64,000 nucleotides of DNA from Tubiluchus corallicola (lineage: Eukaryota > Animalia > Priapulida), in assembly GCA_030141605.1 (NCBI GenBank), contig JAQGDQ010000648.1, positions 1-64,000 on the forward strand, given 5' to 3'. Under the pieces are notes generated by a model. It was not told the DNA's origin and made no database searches. It saw only the letters and a list, made by a program, of their open reading frames with translations. Of this stretch, positions 1 to 12,899 are shown in pieces (within the stretch, counting starts at the first letter, position 1; every line of letters begins with the position of its first letter). Made by a program: the position numbers and the translations under genes.

Positions 1-1449
1 TATGATACAAATTAACGATAACCTGAAACAATGAGCAAAATAATATAATGAGACGAAGACATGTAAGGATTAAAACAAAATAGGTAAGCAAAACAAATGT
101 AGAGCAGCAAAATATAAATTTTATAATGAAGGAGAAGGTGGTGTAACTAATAGTGTCAATTAAAACTTAATAAAGTAAACTCATTTTTATGTAATTTGGC
201 ATGATATTCAGTATTAATGACATTACCTTCCCTTTTCGTGGCAGAAACGAAATGATAACATTATGCAGTTTTGGAGTAAAAAAAGGACTGCAACGCTATA
301 AATAAATATTAAATTGGTAAAAAGAGAAAACAATTAAAATGACTTATTACAAGTAGAACTTAGTAGTGTCGCACTCCGCAACTTGCGATGAGTATAGACT
401 TACAGTTGCTTGTCAAACAATTGAAGGTGCAATTTTAAACTCAATGGGCAAATTATTCTGAAACAATGCACTTTGATTAGTCAGAGTCTTTGCTAGAATT
501 AAATCTTTGAACATAATAGGTTTAGTTAATTGCAAATCATTAGTTACAGATTTATAGTAATTCTGAAAAATTTCAAGCAGCACTTTATTAAAAGCACACA
601 CTAAGATATTACTCGCAAATTTATCCTTCCCTCGAATACAGTATATTGTCATGGGGGTCCACCTCTTAGGCATTACTACAACCTTTGATTACCCAGCAAA
701 ATAAAATAGTTAATGGTTAATAGTTAATAGATAATTACGTTTGCTAAATTTAGAGACATGCCACACCTTATGCTACACTCAGTTTACTCAAATTGTCTGA
801 CATATATTAATTGAATCTTGCTAAATTTATGTTTAAATAAAACTTCCTCACACTTCTAATATTCATGCACACTATACTAGGTCTGTTGCAAATAATTTTT
901 ATTAGGTTAAACGTTTTATACTTCACTGGGACAGAAATCACTAAAATAGCAGGGTGTGAAACTGTGGAACTCGTGACCGTCTCATATCACAAACTGTTGG
1001 TACATTCAGTATTCTAGCCAAAAGATATAAAAGAGAATTGTTGTCAACATACGTCATCAATTAAATGTTAATCATATCAGTTTTTCATTAATATTTGATA
1101 TGTTTCTTTTCGTTTCATAGATTTGTCCTGCTTTTTTATTACCCAGATCTGTCGTTCTATGCATGTCGACTGTTCTGCATTTTAATTCGAATTCAAATTC
1201 AATTATCATTTATCATTGCCATATGACACATTTTTTTAATTTATTTTTCATTTTTATCAGCTTTTTGATTTTCTTTTGTTTTTGCTTTGTCATTACATGT
1301 TGCACAAATTTGAGTTTTATGCAAAGATTTACTTTCACAATTACCGTTCTCATATACAACATGCTGTTTCTCAAATGTTACGTTATATTATTATAATTAT
1401 GCTATATCATCTAATTTTGTTTTTGCTTTGTTTAATTGTCCCTTGTAAT

Positions 1450-2190
1450 TATGAGCAGTAGGCTACTAACAAATACTTATTAGTTTGTAAATTGTCAAAA
1501 TTATAATTATGTGGATCAAATATTATCAAACTTAAAGAAGATAAATAAACAATCTTGAACGTATTATGGCTTAATCTATATAATAATTTGGTCAGCTCTA
1601 GTTTATACATATCCTGAAGTTTTAAGATAATATAAAGGTGCAACTTGGGTTCTTCTACTTGTACTTGAACAGAGTGTAATAAATTTATTTTGTTTAATAA
1701 CTAGTGGATACAAAGTGGAATAACATGCTGATCAATAGGTACGTATACTATATTCTAAACAGGAGGAGAATAGGGAATAATATAGAAGCTTCTTCGAATT
1801 GTCCGAGAACTCTGGAATTGTCTAATTTTTGAAAATATGCCTACAATTTCATTGTTTTTATTAGCAATACATTGTACATGTGCTTTCCATGAAACATAAT
1901 TCTCCTAGAGATTTTATTTGTTGCACATATTGAATGCTGTATTTCCCATTGCCAAATTTAATGTTATTTTTCTTGAATTACCAATCATCATATACTTAGT
2001 TTTGGGAGTGTTTATAAACAGTCGATTTGCCATCTTTCATAGATCTACTTTTGCCATTTCACTATTAAGAAATTTTCTGTGTGATCAGAACTGAAGACGC
2101 CTGCATCGTCAGTATGTATTTGAACATTGAAAGAAAGATCATTCATGTAGAGTTAAGAAAATATTTAGTAAACAGAGGTGCAGTAATTGA
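1450..2190 (-). mobile_element. Highly degraded LINE (CR1/L2-like) reverse-transcriptase 3' remnant
   Basis: Minus-strand fragments such as FINTPKTKYMMIG resemble the 'L.IN..KTK.M.F' RT C-terminal motif. Many stops and frameshifts; boundaries approximate. Confidence 0.45.
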
Positions 2191-3201
2191 GAGCCTCTGA
2201 TATCGTAGTGTTCAAGTTTGGCTAATCAAGTTGTAAGGTTCTTACACATAGCTAAACTAGATCTTGCTATAGTCTGTGGGAAGGGCTTCCTACCTATCAC
2301 CCTCCTTTCGTAATATACTATAACCTATCCAAGCATAACATGATCTTGGAAAGCGCATGAGACAAATATCCAGGAGAGTACAGGGTAACTGCTGAATCTG
2401 AAAGCAGCCAAAATGCTTTAACTTTTAACTTTAACTTTACTTACAAAGATGGTTACTAATCTTGGCTATAAGAGTCTCTGAAGCACTAAACTTGTGCACA
2501 TCTACTATTTGACTGATCTAACATAAAGAGACTATCAGTGATGATACCAAACTACTTCAGCTTTGATGTTGTGGATGGAGCTTTATTCACACTAATGAGA
2601 TGTTAGAACTCTCAACGATGTGCCCTATTCTAAACTACATGGAGAGGCGTGACTAGCCACCAGTGTCCAGACGTTGTGGATTGTGGACGTATCCTGAGTC
2701 AACCACAAAGACTTGTGAGCCATTCCTTAGTTCATGTTTGATTGGTGCTGCAGCCGGCGTCATCACCGTTGATTGTCGTTGATGTGTTGCTGTGACTGAC
2801 TGGAGTGAGCTACGTCCGCGGACTCCTCTCCCATGTCCTTGTCCTCTCAGGGGAAGGGTTAACTGATAAGTAGATTTGTTTCCTTTTCACTTTGTCATTG
2901 TTATTATTATTAACTGCCTTTATGCATAACTGTTATTGATAATATAACCTGTTCTGATTTATCTAAACAGAGTAAAAAGTGAATAAAAATAATAAACATA
3001 ATCATAATTTCATATAAGATTTTTTGTTGGAATGTTTGGAATCTATGTATGTCATGGTCAACATGGAAAACCATAACGCCTAAGTAGACCCCCGTAAAAC
3101 GTAACATCAAGCCTTAGACCCGCTGGTTTTTCAAGTGAGCCCTTTGACATTGCAACCTCTCTAAAGATATATTAATTATACCTGTGTCGTTGAATTTTGG
3201 T

Positions 3202-3420
3202 TCATATGCCTAGTTGCCCTCTGGACAACAACCGCCCACGTATGTTGCACAACCCTTTTATTGTAAATAAAAGATGACGCGACAGGGTTGTCAGATTTGT
3301 GGATGAGTTGGGAGGTAAAGAGTTACACCACCACCATAAAAATCTACTAGCTCCCAACACAAGTAACTGAACTGAAGTGACACTTGTATTAGGAATACGT
3401 TGTACGTTCCTGAAGTGCAA
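3202..3420 (-). mobile_element. Possible BEL/Pao LTR retrotransposon pol remnant
   Basis: The ORF peptide LPPNSSTNLTTLSRHLLFTIKGLCNIRGRL resembles the BEL/Pao motif 'LPKSS.L..L.PFLD..GLLRVGGRL'. Short and degenerate. Confidence 0.35.
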
Positions 3421-5264
3421 TAAATTTAAATATATTTAAATATCACCACATATGTAAGCTACATGTATGCCACCGAAAATGCATCCGTTTCCTATACATG
3501 GGTTAGACGTCTTAGTTGTCAGTAAATATTATTTAAAAATCTGCAACAAAAGCGGCTTTTAAATTTTCCACAAGGACTTCGTGCGCATTTAGAAGTGAAG
3601 AAAAATATTTCATTCAAACTTTCACTCATTCAAGAACATAGGACTCACGTCCTGTATGCTATTTCGAGCCCCTGTAAATAAAAAAATGCAATTTCAACTG
3701 CATGAAATTCACAAATCCTACTTTAGAACTAGTTTAAATTTAAATGCTTATCCACCAAAATCAATATGTACCACGTTCTGATTGCTTGAGTTCATAAGTT
3801 GCCGGAGATAATTTAAACGCCGAAAGGACAAACCTGCATTCGCCCTTCCAGGATGTATTGTGATTTAGGCGTTAATGTGATGGTCTGATGTAAGGACAGA
3901 CTACTCAAATTAGATTAGTGAGGGCAATGAAAAGGTGGCTGTCCAATCATAATGTTTGTTTCACTTTTACAAAATGGTTACAGTTTGATCTTTTCAGAGT
4001 TTAGGGTTTAATTTAAGTGTGTAAAGTCAATCATTTTGTCAGGTCTCAAGCAGCATTATTAATGTCTCCCACATTCGTTTGTTTGGTAGTGAATATTAAG
4101 GATCTGACATTTAAACCGGGGCTTGTCATCTGCCGATCAACCCACTTACCAATACACTCTTGTGTAAGAATTCCCCACATGGGAACACCTGGGTAGAGAT
4201 GCCTAGTAAAGAGTTAAAGAACAAAACTCTAATAACACTTATAGCCAAAATAAAAAATGGCTTTTAAGAGAGAAAAGAGAAAGTTAAAATGACAGGGCGC
4301 CCAAAAGTCATGAATGTGTGCAAAACTAGTGAAGTTTTTTTACTCTTCCAATTTTGCTCTTTCCTTGTGGACTGTTTGTTCGTCATTATTAAATGAAAAT
4401 TTTCGCCTTGTTGTTTTACCTTGTCTGACACAGTATGTACAATAGTTATGCCATCTAAAATACAGGTCTACAAATAGCTTCTGAAAACTGCTGTTTTATG
4501 TTAAGCTCAGCTTATATTTTTGTGCTCTAATTTGTGCTTATTTTTGTGTTTTAATTAAAACAGAGTGGTATACAAAACAGATTTGGCATAGGGTGGGGCA
4601 TAAGTTCTCTTCAGGCAAAGCCCTCAGGATTTTTACTGAAATGCCAGAAGAGTATGCTACTTATGTGTGGTATAATGAATGCCTATAAGCAAAAATTTAT
4701 GCAAAGTGGCATAAGATGAGAGATCCACCGAGGGAATTTAATTGTGTCTCATTTCTCTTTCGTAATTTGTAATATATCATCAATCATTTTGTATGTAGTT
4801 GTGGGTGTTACCAGCACCTAGTTAACGTTTGTGAAATCTTTTCAGTTTCAACCTTTTTTAACTTTGTCACTTATTACAGTCAATCAGATATCAAAAACCC
4901 ACCTTAGGTATAGTTACATGACTTCATGACCTGTTTTTCCTGTTCACATTTACATTTATACATTGATTATAGTTTCCCTTACTGCCTTAGTTCTGGTGAA
5001 CTCACTAAATACTGTTTTGTTATTCAGGATGCCATTTAATCAACAAATTGTTATTTAACTTTATACTCAAAAATTAATTGCGTGTTTATCGCAGCAGGTT
5101 AGAATTTTTTGGACATTTTACTTTGCTGCAGGTCAAAGGTACGACAGCAACGCGTCTTCAACAGCGGTCCAAGTGCTTTGATGCCCCCCCTCCCCCCCCA
5201 GTGGTATGAGTTTCAGCAGAGCACTAATGAACCTGGGCAAAATAGTACAGTGTAACTGACTTAA

Positions 5265-5783
5265 AGGAAGACCGGACGATTGTTTAGACTCATTCTTATT
5301 TTAATTTACTGTCCAAAATACACGTTTTCTTGCTTATAAACGTTAACAATTGTTCCTTATATTTGAATAATTAGCTTAGAAAGTTAACTAACGGCAACGG
5401 TACACAGCTTTTGTTTACGTCAGAAACCAACCGCAGTTTGTGCATAGGCAGGAGTCTTCGCTTGCGCACCAAGCACGTTTGCGTAAGTGTTACTACTTAA
5501 ACGCATGATGTCACGAGAAATGTCACAGTTCATGTTCATGCTTATCACGGTACCGCCTTCTATTTATCGGCCACACGCACGTCACAAAAAGGCGCCGCTG
5601 CCAATCTTAGTAGATTCACTGAGCCGCGAGTAGCTTTGAAAGTTTAACAAAATTTAAGTATCCGAGGTAATTATTATTAAATCTAAGCTTTGTAGAAGCT
5701 CTAGAAATAAGCCATTGTAGTTTTCAATATTTTAGAGCATTCTTTATTCTGAACTCGTGTTTACAGAATCATCCGGTTTTCCT
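5265..5783. mobile_element. Non-autonomous DNA transposon (Kolobok-like MITE), ~519 bp
   Basis: TTAA at 5261-5264 and 5784-5787 forms the TSD. Left end AGGAAGACCGGACGATT matches the reverse complement of the right end, AGGAAAACCGGATGATT (15/17). A TTAA TSD with purine (AGG) termini is typical of Kolobok rather than piggyBac (CCC termini). Confidence 0.75.
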
Positions 5784-8044
5784 TTAAGCTTGACTGGCTA
5801 AGCCTTTCCATTAATCCGAATTCCTTATCATTACATATAAATGGACATAACTGCTATGAATAACATAATTATTATCCCTGAAACGTTTAAATGCTTTGGA
5901 GTTAAATTAGTACATATATTGTAATAGTCATATGTAAACAAATTTCATTATATAATATTACTTTAATTGGAATATTCTGTAAAAAAGTGTAGTGTTGTGT
6001 GTTATTAAAACTCTGTGCAGTTTCATGGCCTTAACTGGAATTCAGGGGAATACTTTTATGGACTTCCGGGCGACTAGGAGAGTTAGACGAGATTCAAGTA
6101 GACGTCTCAACTCGCGTTTAGTCGCGCCTAACTTTTCGCGCAGTTAGCGATTTAAGATGGGATTCAACTCCAGAGTTGTTGTAAGTCGATAAGTACTACT
6201 TTTATTTATAATATGTGTGCTTCCATAGCAAAATCGTCCATAAGTTGGCAATTAAACTTTTCTAGTTGTTCTCATATCCTGAATTTCCATTTCGTAAGAA
6301 TCATTTTGATACCAAGATCATCACTCTATGTTTTTTCCTAGCTGAGATAATCCACGTTGAAGTTGAGGTGCAGGCTGCACACTGAAAACATAATCTTGAG
6401 AAAATCACTGTTAAAGTCAGCCATTGTTTTTTATCGCGTTTCTACAAACACTTAGCAAATGTCGGTTGCTACGAACTTTGCAGCAGTAGATGGCTCTGCC
6501 TGGCAAATATCTGGGTGGCAACAGAAAAAAAAACCGGAACAAAATGACTGCTTCCACGAGCTACAATCAAAATTTGAAAATGAGTGTCCTTTACAAATGC
6601 AGCACTAGTTTTTAGACAAAAAACTGGGAAAATAATTATAAGATTAGATTTCTAGCATTTTTGAACACTTTCTTGATAATTTGATGCTAGAATATAAAAG
6701 TCCAATATATTTAGCGTTGGTTTTTATAAATTACGAAAAATTGTCATTTGACCAAATTTTTGTGGCATTCTACTCTGAAGCATCATAACGTAGTTTTAAC
6801 TATGCCGACTTATGGACGGTTTTTGTATGCAAGCACTCATATTACATTTCAAGAATCAAAAAAACGGCAGGATTGATAGTTGGGAAATACTGTGAATACA
6901 GTAGCGGTAGTTACTCGACTTAATATTTTACTAAAACCATCGACCAATAATGAATTACAATGAATTATTATCAACCTCATCTACAGGAGTTACTGTGCCC
7001 AATTTTGCATGCTGTAATGCGTATGCAGTGTGTGACGCCGTGTAATAATTAAATCAGGACGTTAAGAAATCAGAGTACTGTGCTCAAGGTTCTCGAGCGT
7101 TTCCGTCACTTTTACATGCTAAATGTACAGGATAATCATTTATTTGTGTAGGCCACGTGAATTCGTGTCTCTGGTGAAACACTTGTGTGCACGTGCAAAT
7201 TATTTAATCAGAACGACAACGGAACTAAAAACTAATATTTAGATTTAAAATTTAATCAGTAAAACAACAATAGCAAATTAAATTGATAACAATTTCCAAC
7301 AATACCTAAATTCCCCCAAAAGTAACGTTGGCCAGCTACGCTTCTGTCTCTCATCAGGCTTTTGGATGTATCAACCACACGCTCTTGAGTCTCCAATCAT
7401 ACCACATTGGCTTTTCATCTCCAGCAGTCAGCCACGTCCTCGCCCGCAACTCTTTGCCAATGGTCACCAATCCAGCCTCTGCATGGACCACGCTTTAAAA
7501 CTGCTCCAGCAATCCAGCGGTTGAACTCGTACCTGGTTGCCTCGGGATTGAACTCTTGCCTGGTTGCCTCAGACTCCCAGTAATAAAGCCAGATATAGTC
7601 CTTTTGCAGGGTGACAAACAGAACATTTAGTTCAGACGAACAGACAGACCATTGGTCCAGGTAGAACTGGTCCTCGACTAGTTTTCCACTACTATTCGGC
7701 GAAAATTTTGGTTCTATTCTGCAGGTATAAATATGATTACCAAACTTGCTTCTTGGAAGGTCAAGACAGTGTCATCACAGCAAACAACGAATAAACAAAA
7801 GTTGACAAAACCATTGTCTTTGTGATAAAACATCTCACTGCATACGAGTGATATTAAAGACAGGTTCACACCAAACTTGGTGTTCAGCCATATAAAATAA
7901 ACGTCAGGATGTGGACTAAACAGCAAACCTCCACCACCCTGTAACTTCGGCGATCAGAACATAACTAGTGTAAAACACAAACTCTGTAGTAAGATCCCAA
8001 AACAGGTTGAAGCCATTTGGTATTCGAGTAAAATTTATTTTGTT

Positions 8045-8472
8045 TGTATAATGGATAGCACGTTGTATGAGCTGTGTGTAGTTGCTTATTGATGCTTGAG
8101 GAATGGTAAAGCTATTAAGAGTTTATTTATCAAATGACACGTTTATTAAATATCAACACAATAAATATAATATATATAGCAATGCCGAAGGCCCCGAATC
8201 TGAGGGTCGATACGCTCCGGCTTCCAGACTCAATATGAGCCTGAATTCCTGGGCTGACGGCTGCACGCACCTTATATACGTGCGCACTATGCCGGCTGCC
8301 GCAATTTCCTCGGCTCACGTAATCACGTGATACCACTCCTTAACTGCTTTCATCATGCGAGCATCTATCAGCTTAATTATTTACGATAATCTACTGCTCC
8401 TAGCATAATTTAACGGGTTCTCTTTACTATTCGAATTTTCACGCCAGAGCCATCTATTGTCAAAATCTTACA
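8045..8472 (-). mobile_element. Solo LTR-like element (~430 bp)
   Basis: On the minus strand it begins TGTAAGA, contains TAGATGGCTCT, a TATATAAG box and two AATAAA signals, and ends ...TATACA. GC-richer than its flanks. No clean TSD seen. Confidence 0.5.
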
Positions 8473-8646
8473 AAAACATACAATTTAATAAAAGTTTAAA
8501 TAAACAGTGTAATAAATCAAAAAGGTAATTAGATCATTAATTATGCACACACAACATGATAGGAAAGATACATCAAAATAGGTGTTACGACAATGATGGG
8601 TAGTATAACCGATCATCACACAGTGATATAATGCATGGTAGTAACA

Positions 8647-8661
8647 ATGATGATGATGATA

Positions 8662-8699
<38 letters not shown>

Positions 8700-8757
8700 A
8701 ATGGCGGTGGTGGTGGTTGCAGCGGTGACGACGATGATGATGATGCTGATGATGATT
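8647..8757. repeat. (GAT)n microsatellite with GGT/GAC interruptions
   Basis: Visible gatgatgat... run. Confidence 0.95.
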
Positions 8758-8883
8758 AGTGATTGTGAGTGATTATCGTTAATATAATACATGATATAGT
8801 TAAAAATATAAACAATAAGAAAACAAGAAATAATGGTGATTAGTGTCTCATAGGTGAGGACTATGATGGTGCCTAACGTCCCG

Positions 8884-8958
8884 CCTCTTTCTCTTTCTCT
8901 CGCTCCCTCTTTCTCTACTTCCTCTTTTCTGTTTCTCTCTTTCCTACTCTTTCTTCTT
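8884..8958. repeat. CT-rich low-complexity tract
   Basis: ctctttctctttctctcgctccctctttctct... Confidence 0.85.
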
Positions 8959-9348
8959 TAAGTACAATGCTTTCCTACTAAATGATAGAAAACAATTTCA
9001 ACTAAAAAACCATAGACACTCTGCAGTAAATCTAACAGTATTCGCAATCAATGCTGGCTTTCAGACAGCATGCAAAAAATATGCAAAATGTTTACTTTTT
9101 TGTAAATAATATGCATGTAAACAACTGTACTGGTAATCAGTGAGATTTTATTTACTGTTTACTCTGCAACAAAGTTTACTGCCAAGCCTTATATTTTCTG
9201 GGTAAACTAGTACATATTAGCTTTCCTAACACAGATCTGTTAGCAGTTCATAGTTCCAATAATTACTAAGAAGGTGTAGAAAGTTTGGGTTTATAGGCCG
9301 AAAATATTACAACTTGTCAATTCGGATGAATTCAGCAGATAAAAACTG

Positions 9349-9460
9349 TACAGTAAGTCTTCGCTTAACGACTCCCGGTTTAATGAAGTTTTGTTTTAAT
9401 GATGCCGATCATTTGACACCTTTCTTCACTTAACGATGCCCATTTCGCTTAAAACGACAA
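9349..9460 (+). mobile_element. Pogo/Tigger-like transposon terminus remnant
   Basis: TA followed by CAGTAAGTCTTCGCTTAACGAC, with repeated (G)CTTAACGA / TTTAATGA subterminal motifs. The partner end was not found. Confidence 0.4.
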
Positions 9461-11631
9461 CTTTTTTACTTTGCTTAAGGCAGGTTTTTATTTAATTAAC
9501 AGAATTTTTATCTGATTTGATGCATTAAAACAGCACCAATTGCTGTATTTAGTTCTAAAAATGCTCTGTTGTATTACTAGGCTTTGTGTATCAAGTGACA
9601 AAGGAGCAATTTTGCCTCCAACCTTTTGCTGTACTAACTAGACTTTTATGAATTCAACTAACAGCGAGATGTAACAGTAACAGTAACAACAACAAGGTTA
9701 GGGCAACCAGCGAGATCGACTTAAGTGCACCCTAAGACAGTTAAATGGCCCTGCATAAAGTAAGGATGAATACATGAAACTGGCCCCAGGTTTTACTTTC
9801 ACAGTATCTGCCTTGTCTAATAAGGGCTTTAAATTTAGAGAAACTTTAGACCTGCATCGGTGAATTAAATGTGTTTGCCAAGTTTGCCTAACTGTGGTGC
9901 AGCCATAATAACACAACTTGCTCAATCAGTCTATTCTTACATCAAAGCCAAAGGCTGTAGGAACGTATAAGTATATGTAACACACTATAGAAACTCAGCG
10001 CATGAGGTTTTTGTATAAAAACAGCAAATAAGATTTTAAAAAACAGGGCATGCTTTATTACAATATGTTGCGTAAATTACCAAACACATTTTTGCAAGAG
10101 GTTTCAGTGGTAAAAAGTAGATAGGTAGGCCCATACTAAAAGTTTTTGAGATACTGCACTTTTCTAGGACAATAATGCATTTGCCTCGCCCTAGGGCAAA
10201 AGAAAACTGCTGGTCTTTCTTCCAAAAGTCATTGAACCCTTGCACATATTTTGCAAAATCTTAAACTAAGTAATTGTTTCACCACTGATAGGCAGATTTG
10301 TCGGGAACCAGGCCGCCATTTTGGTTTTTGCTTATCGGATTGTTTAAGACGCTGTGTTATTTGTCGTTTTGGTATCTGGTAGAAGCTTTTTACATTCAGC
10401 AAGGTCGTATTTGCTTTTAGTTTTTATAATGTATCTTTATGTTAAACAGTTAATATAAATGCATAATCAGCATTGTATCATTTTGTATGGTGGCCATTTT
10501 GAAACGAAAGTAATAGAAATTGGTTCCTTTGATCCCAAAAAACTGTGGATTTTTTTTATATTGTTTGAGCTAAATCATTTTTTACGCATTTTTGACCTCT
10601 TTCTATTAAGTTTTCGCACGGGCAGCAGTTTTTTACTGAATTCAGCATAGTGAAATTGATGGGACTGCTATGCTGCACTCTCTTTATTTGACCATAACAG
10701 AAATTTGGCCAGTGAAATGGGCATTATCAAGTCAGTTTCGTGGAGTTAGATCTCAGGTGAAAAGACCACAACTGCAGTGCGATTCAATTTCAGTGAGCCA
10801 TAATGCGTATATACCAAACCAGTTAATTTTGCAAATAAAGATTTTATTTTCCTAAGTATCTAAATGCAAACTTCATTATAAAGTAATAACAGCATTAAAT
10901 TACTAAATCAGACACGGCTTGCAATCATTTTCTGCATATACATTTGTGTTGTGAAATGCCATTGTTTTTTTTCAGCTAAACGTTTCGTCTAAGCAAAAAG
11001 TTCTCAAGGAAATGTTGAACACTTAAGACTTCTTACTAAATAAAATACTTTTCTGTTAGGAGTTTATATTTTACAGTTGAAATGAATAAACGTGTACATT
11101 AATACGGGTAACAGACAAAATTATGATGAAAACGTTTCAGCCATTGAACAGACAAAAAGTCCATCTATGCAGGTTCAAAATAAGAGACAAAACAGAACAG
11201 TTCTTCGTTCTATCTCTCCTCTTCGACTACTCAACGCTCTGTCAGTTTGGCCTCACATCAAACGTTTTTGGGATTCTATGTCAGATATCGCCAATCATAT
11301 GTCATCATTTGGAGTAAAAAGACAATTACAATCACATGTCTCACATGTTTCCCTGGTGTTCAATTCACTAAACTTAAATGGAAGGTTGGGTTTAAGATCA
11401 CAATAAGCTTTACAAATTATATTGCTGTTTGTTAGTTATATATTAATTTAATATAAGTTTGTGATTCAGGTTCGCGCCAATGACTTCTTTACTTCTGAAC
11501 TGTTGGCCCACGTCGAATTGATTTTTAATCCTATACTTCTTAAAACCACAACTCCAAGCTGAAATACGAAATACGTGCGAAGATATTTTGGCTTTTTTTG
11601 CTAAAATTAAAGCTTCACAGTATGCTTCAAA

Positions 11632-12693
11632 CTACAGCTCAGGGAACCCATCCCAGTTAACTTTGGTTGGAAATCTTGGAAAATTCGTAAAATTTTTGAT
11701 CCATGTTTTTACTAAAGGATAAACACACTCTCTTGTAGATTTTTTACTAACGTGTATTCCAGGCTCTCTGTGATTACAAACAAATGTTAGTCTATTGGGA
11801 AGGTTTGGATAAAGTGTATAGAGCTGGTGGTGTCCAGTATAATGAAGAAAAAATGCTGAATTCATTTTGCCTCTAGGATGATACCTGCGTATGGACTTGT
11901 TCAAGACAATATCATTTCCTGGAATAAAAGGAAGAAACGTTGTATTATCTTTAATGCCATGATACCACCTCATAAACTGTGTCCATATCTCAGGCATTGG
12001 TGCACAAGACCAAGTACTAAAGAGTCTATACATTATTACACTGTCAGTACATGTTGTACAAACTTTATCTCTGTTTAAACCTGGTTTGGCAACAAGCCTC
12101 CCACGATATAAAGTGATGCTGGCTAAATCTGGAGTATCCTTATATGTATAAATTGCAGCTTTTAACCATTTATAATAATGCGCAGAAATATCTAAGTCAT
12201 CCTCTAAAATAAGACCATATTGTCCTTTCTGTTCAGAATCTGGAATCCACGTGTCATACCATTGAGTATAAGATCCTGCATGTTGTTTTCTTACATGAAC
12301 TTTCTTTGAGCCATGTGTCCAACGTGCATTAACTGCTACCTTCACAGTTTTCTCATCAGCATGTCCATTAGGTGCACAGTCAATCCAAACTTCTAGTGAC
12401 ACAGAGTCATTCATGTAATCAGCTGATTCAAGTGATGAAAGCAATCTTTTCAATGATGAAGCTCTGTTATAACATATCACAATTAAATTCAAGTGAAAAT
12501 TAAAGCTTGTCAAGCTGTGTGGATCAATTTCTGTGTGTGTTGGTATTTTTGAAAGGTTCACTTCAATTTTCTGGTAATTATCCAGTGCCGCAGTGATTTT
12601 TAAAGTATTGTCAAGAACAAAAATGATCAAATAAATAAGCATTATGCAACATAATATAACAGAAATACAACGCAGCATGACAAACTTTCTCAT
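11632..12693 (-). CDS. Type II membrane GT-A fold (GT2-like) glycosyltransferase, ~353 aa, single coding exon
   Basis: First ATG at 12693 (MRKFVMLR), then a TM helix (ISVILCCIMLIYLIIFVL) and a stem. Motifs: LIVICYNRASSLKRLLSSL..ADY, WTHGSK, LILEDDLDIS..YYKWL (acidic EDD metal motif), STWS, NHREPGIH. Intact ORF ending in TAG. Confidence 0.85.
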   Translation of the reverse strand: MRKFVMLRCISVILCCIMLIYLIIFVLDNTLKITAALDNYQKIEVNLSKIPTHTEIDPHSLTSFNFHLNLIVICYNRASSLKRLLSSLESADYMNDSVSLEVWIDCAPNGHADEKTVKVAVNARWTHGSKKVHVRKQHAGSYTQWYDTWIPDSEQKGQYGLILEDDLDISAHYYKWLKAAIYTYKDTPDLASITLYRGRLVAKPGLNRDKVCTTCTDSVIMYRLFSTWSCAPMPEIWTQFMRWYHGIKDNTTFLPFIPGNDIVLNKSIRRYHPRGKMNSAFFLHYTGHHQLYTLYPNLPNRLTFVCNHREPGIHVSKKSTRECVYPLVKTWIKNFTNFPRFPTKVNWDGFPEL

Positions 12694-12899
12694 CTTAGGT
12701 ATGTCTGTCACATTCGCGCAACTGCTTATAAACAATTTTCATCTGTGTTGCTTTAGACGCAAGTTTTCAGCTGAGAACAGATCTGAGTTGATTCTTGCGC
12801 GTCTATGCAGAATAAGTTTGTTGTCGCATTAGAGATGCGCGAATTAGCAAATCCGCATCTCTTTTTTAAAAGACTGATGTTTATTTATTCCAAGAACAA

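Noticed and set aside
760-1400. Transposase remnant on the minus strand
   Set aside because: Only faint resemblance (CATC, HPAIL) amid many stops; cannot be supported.
6940-8000. Additional LTR retrotransposon segment
   Set aside because: Composition is suggestive, but termini, PBS/PPT and TSD could not be defined.
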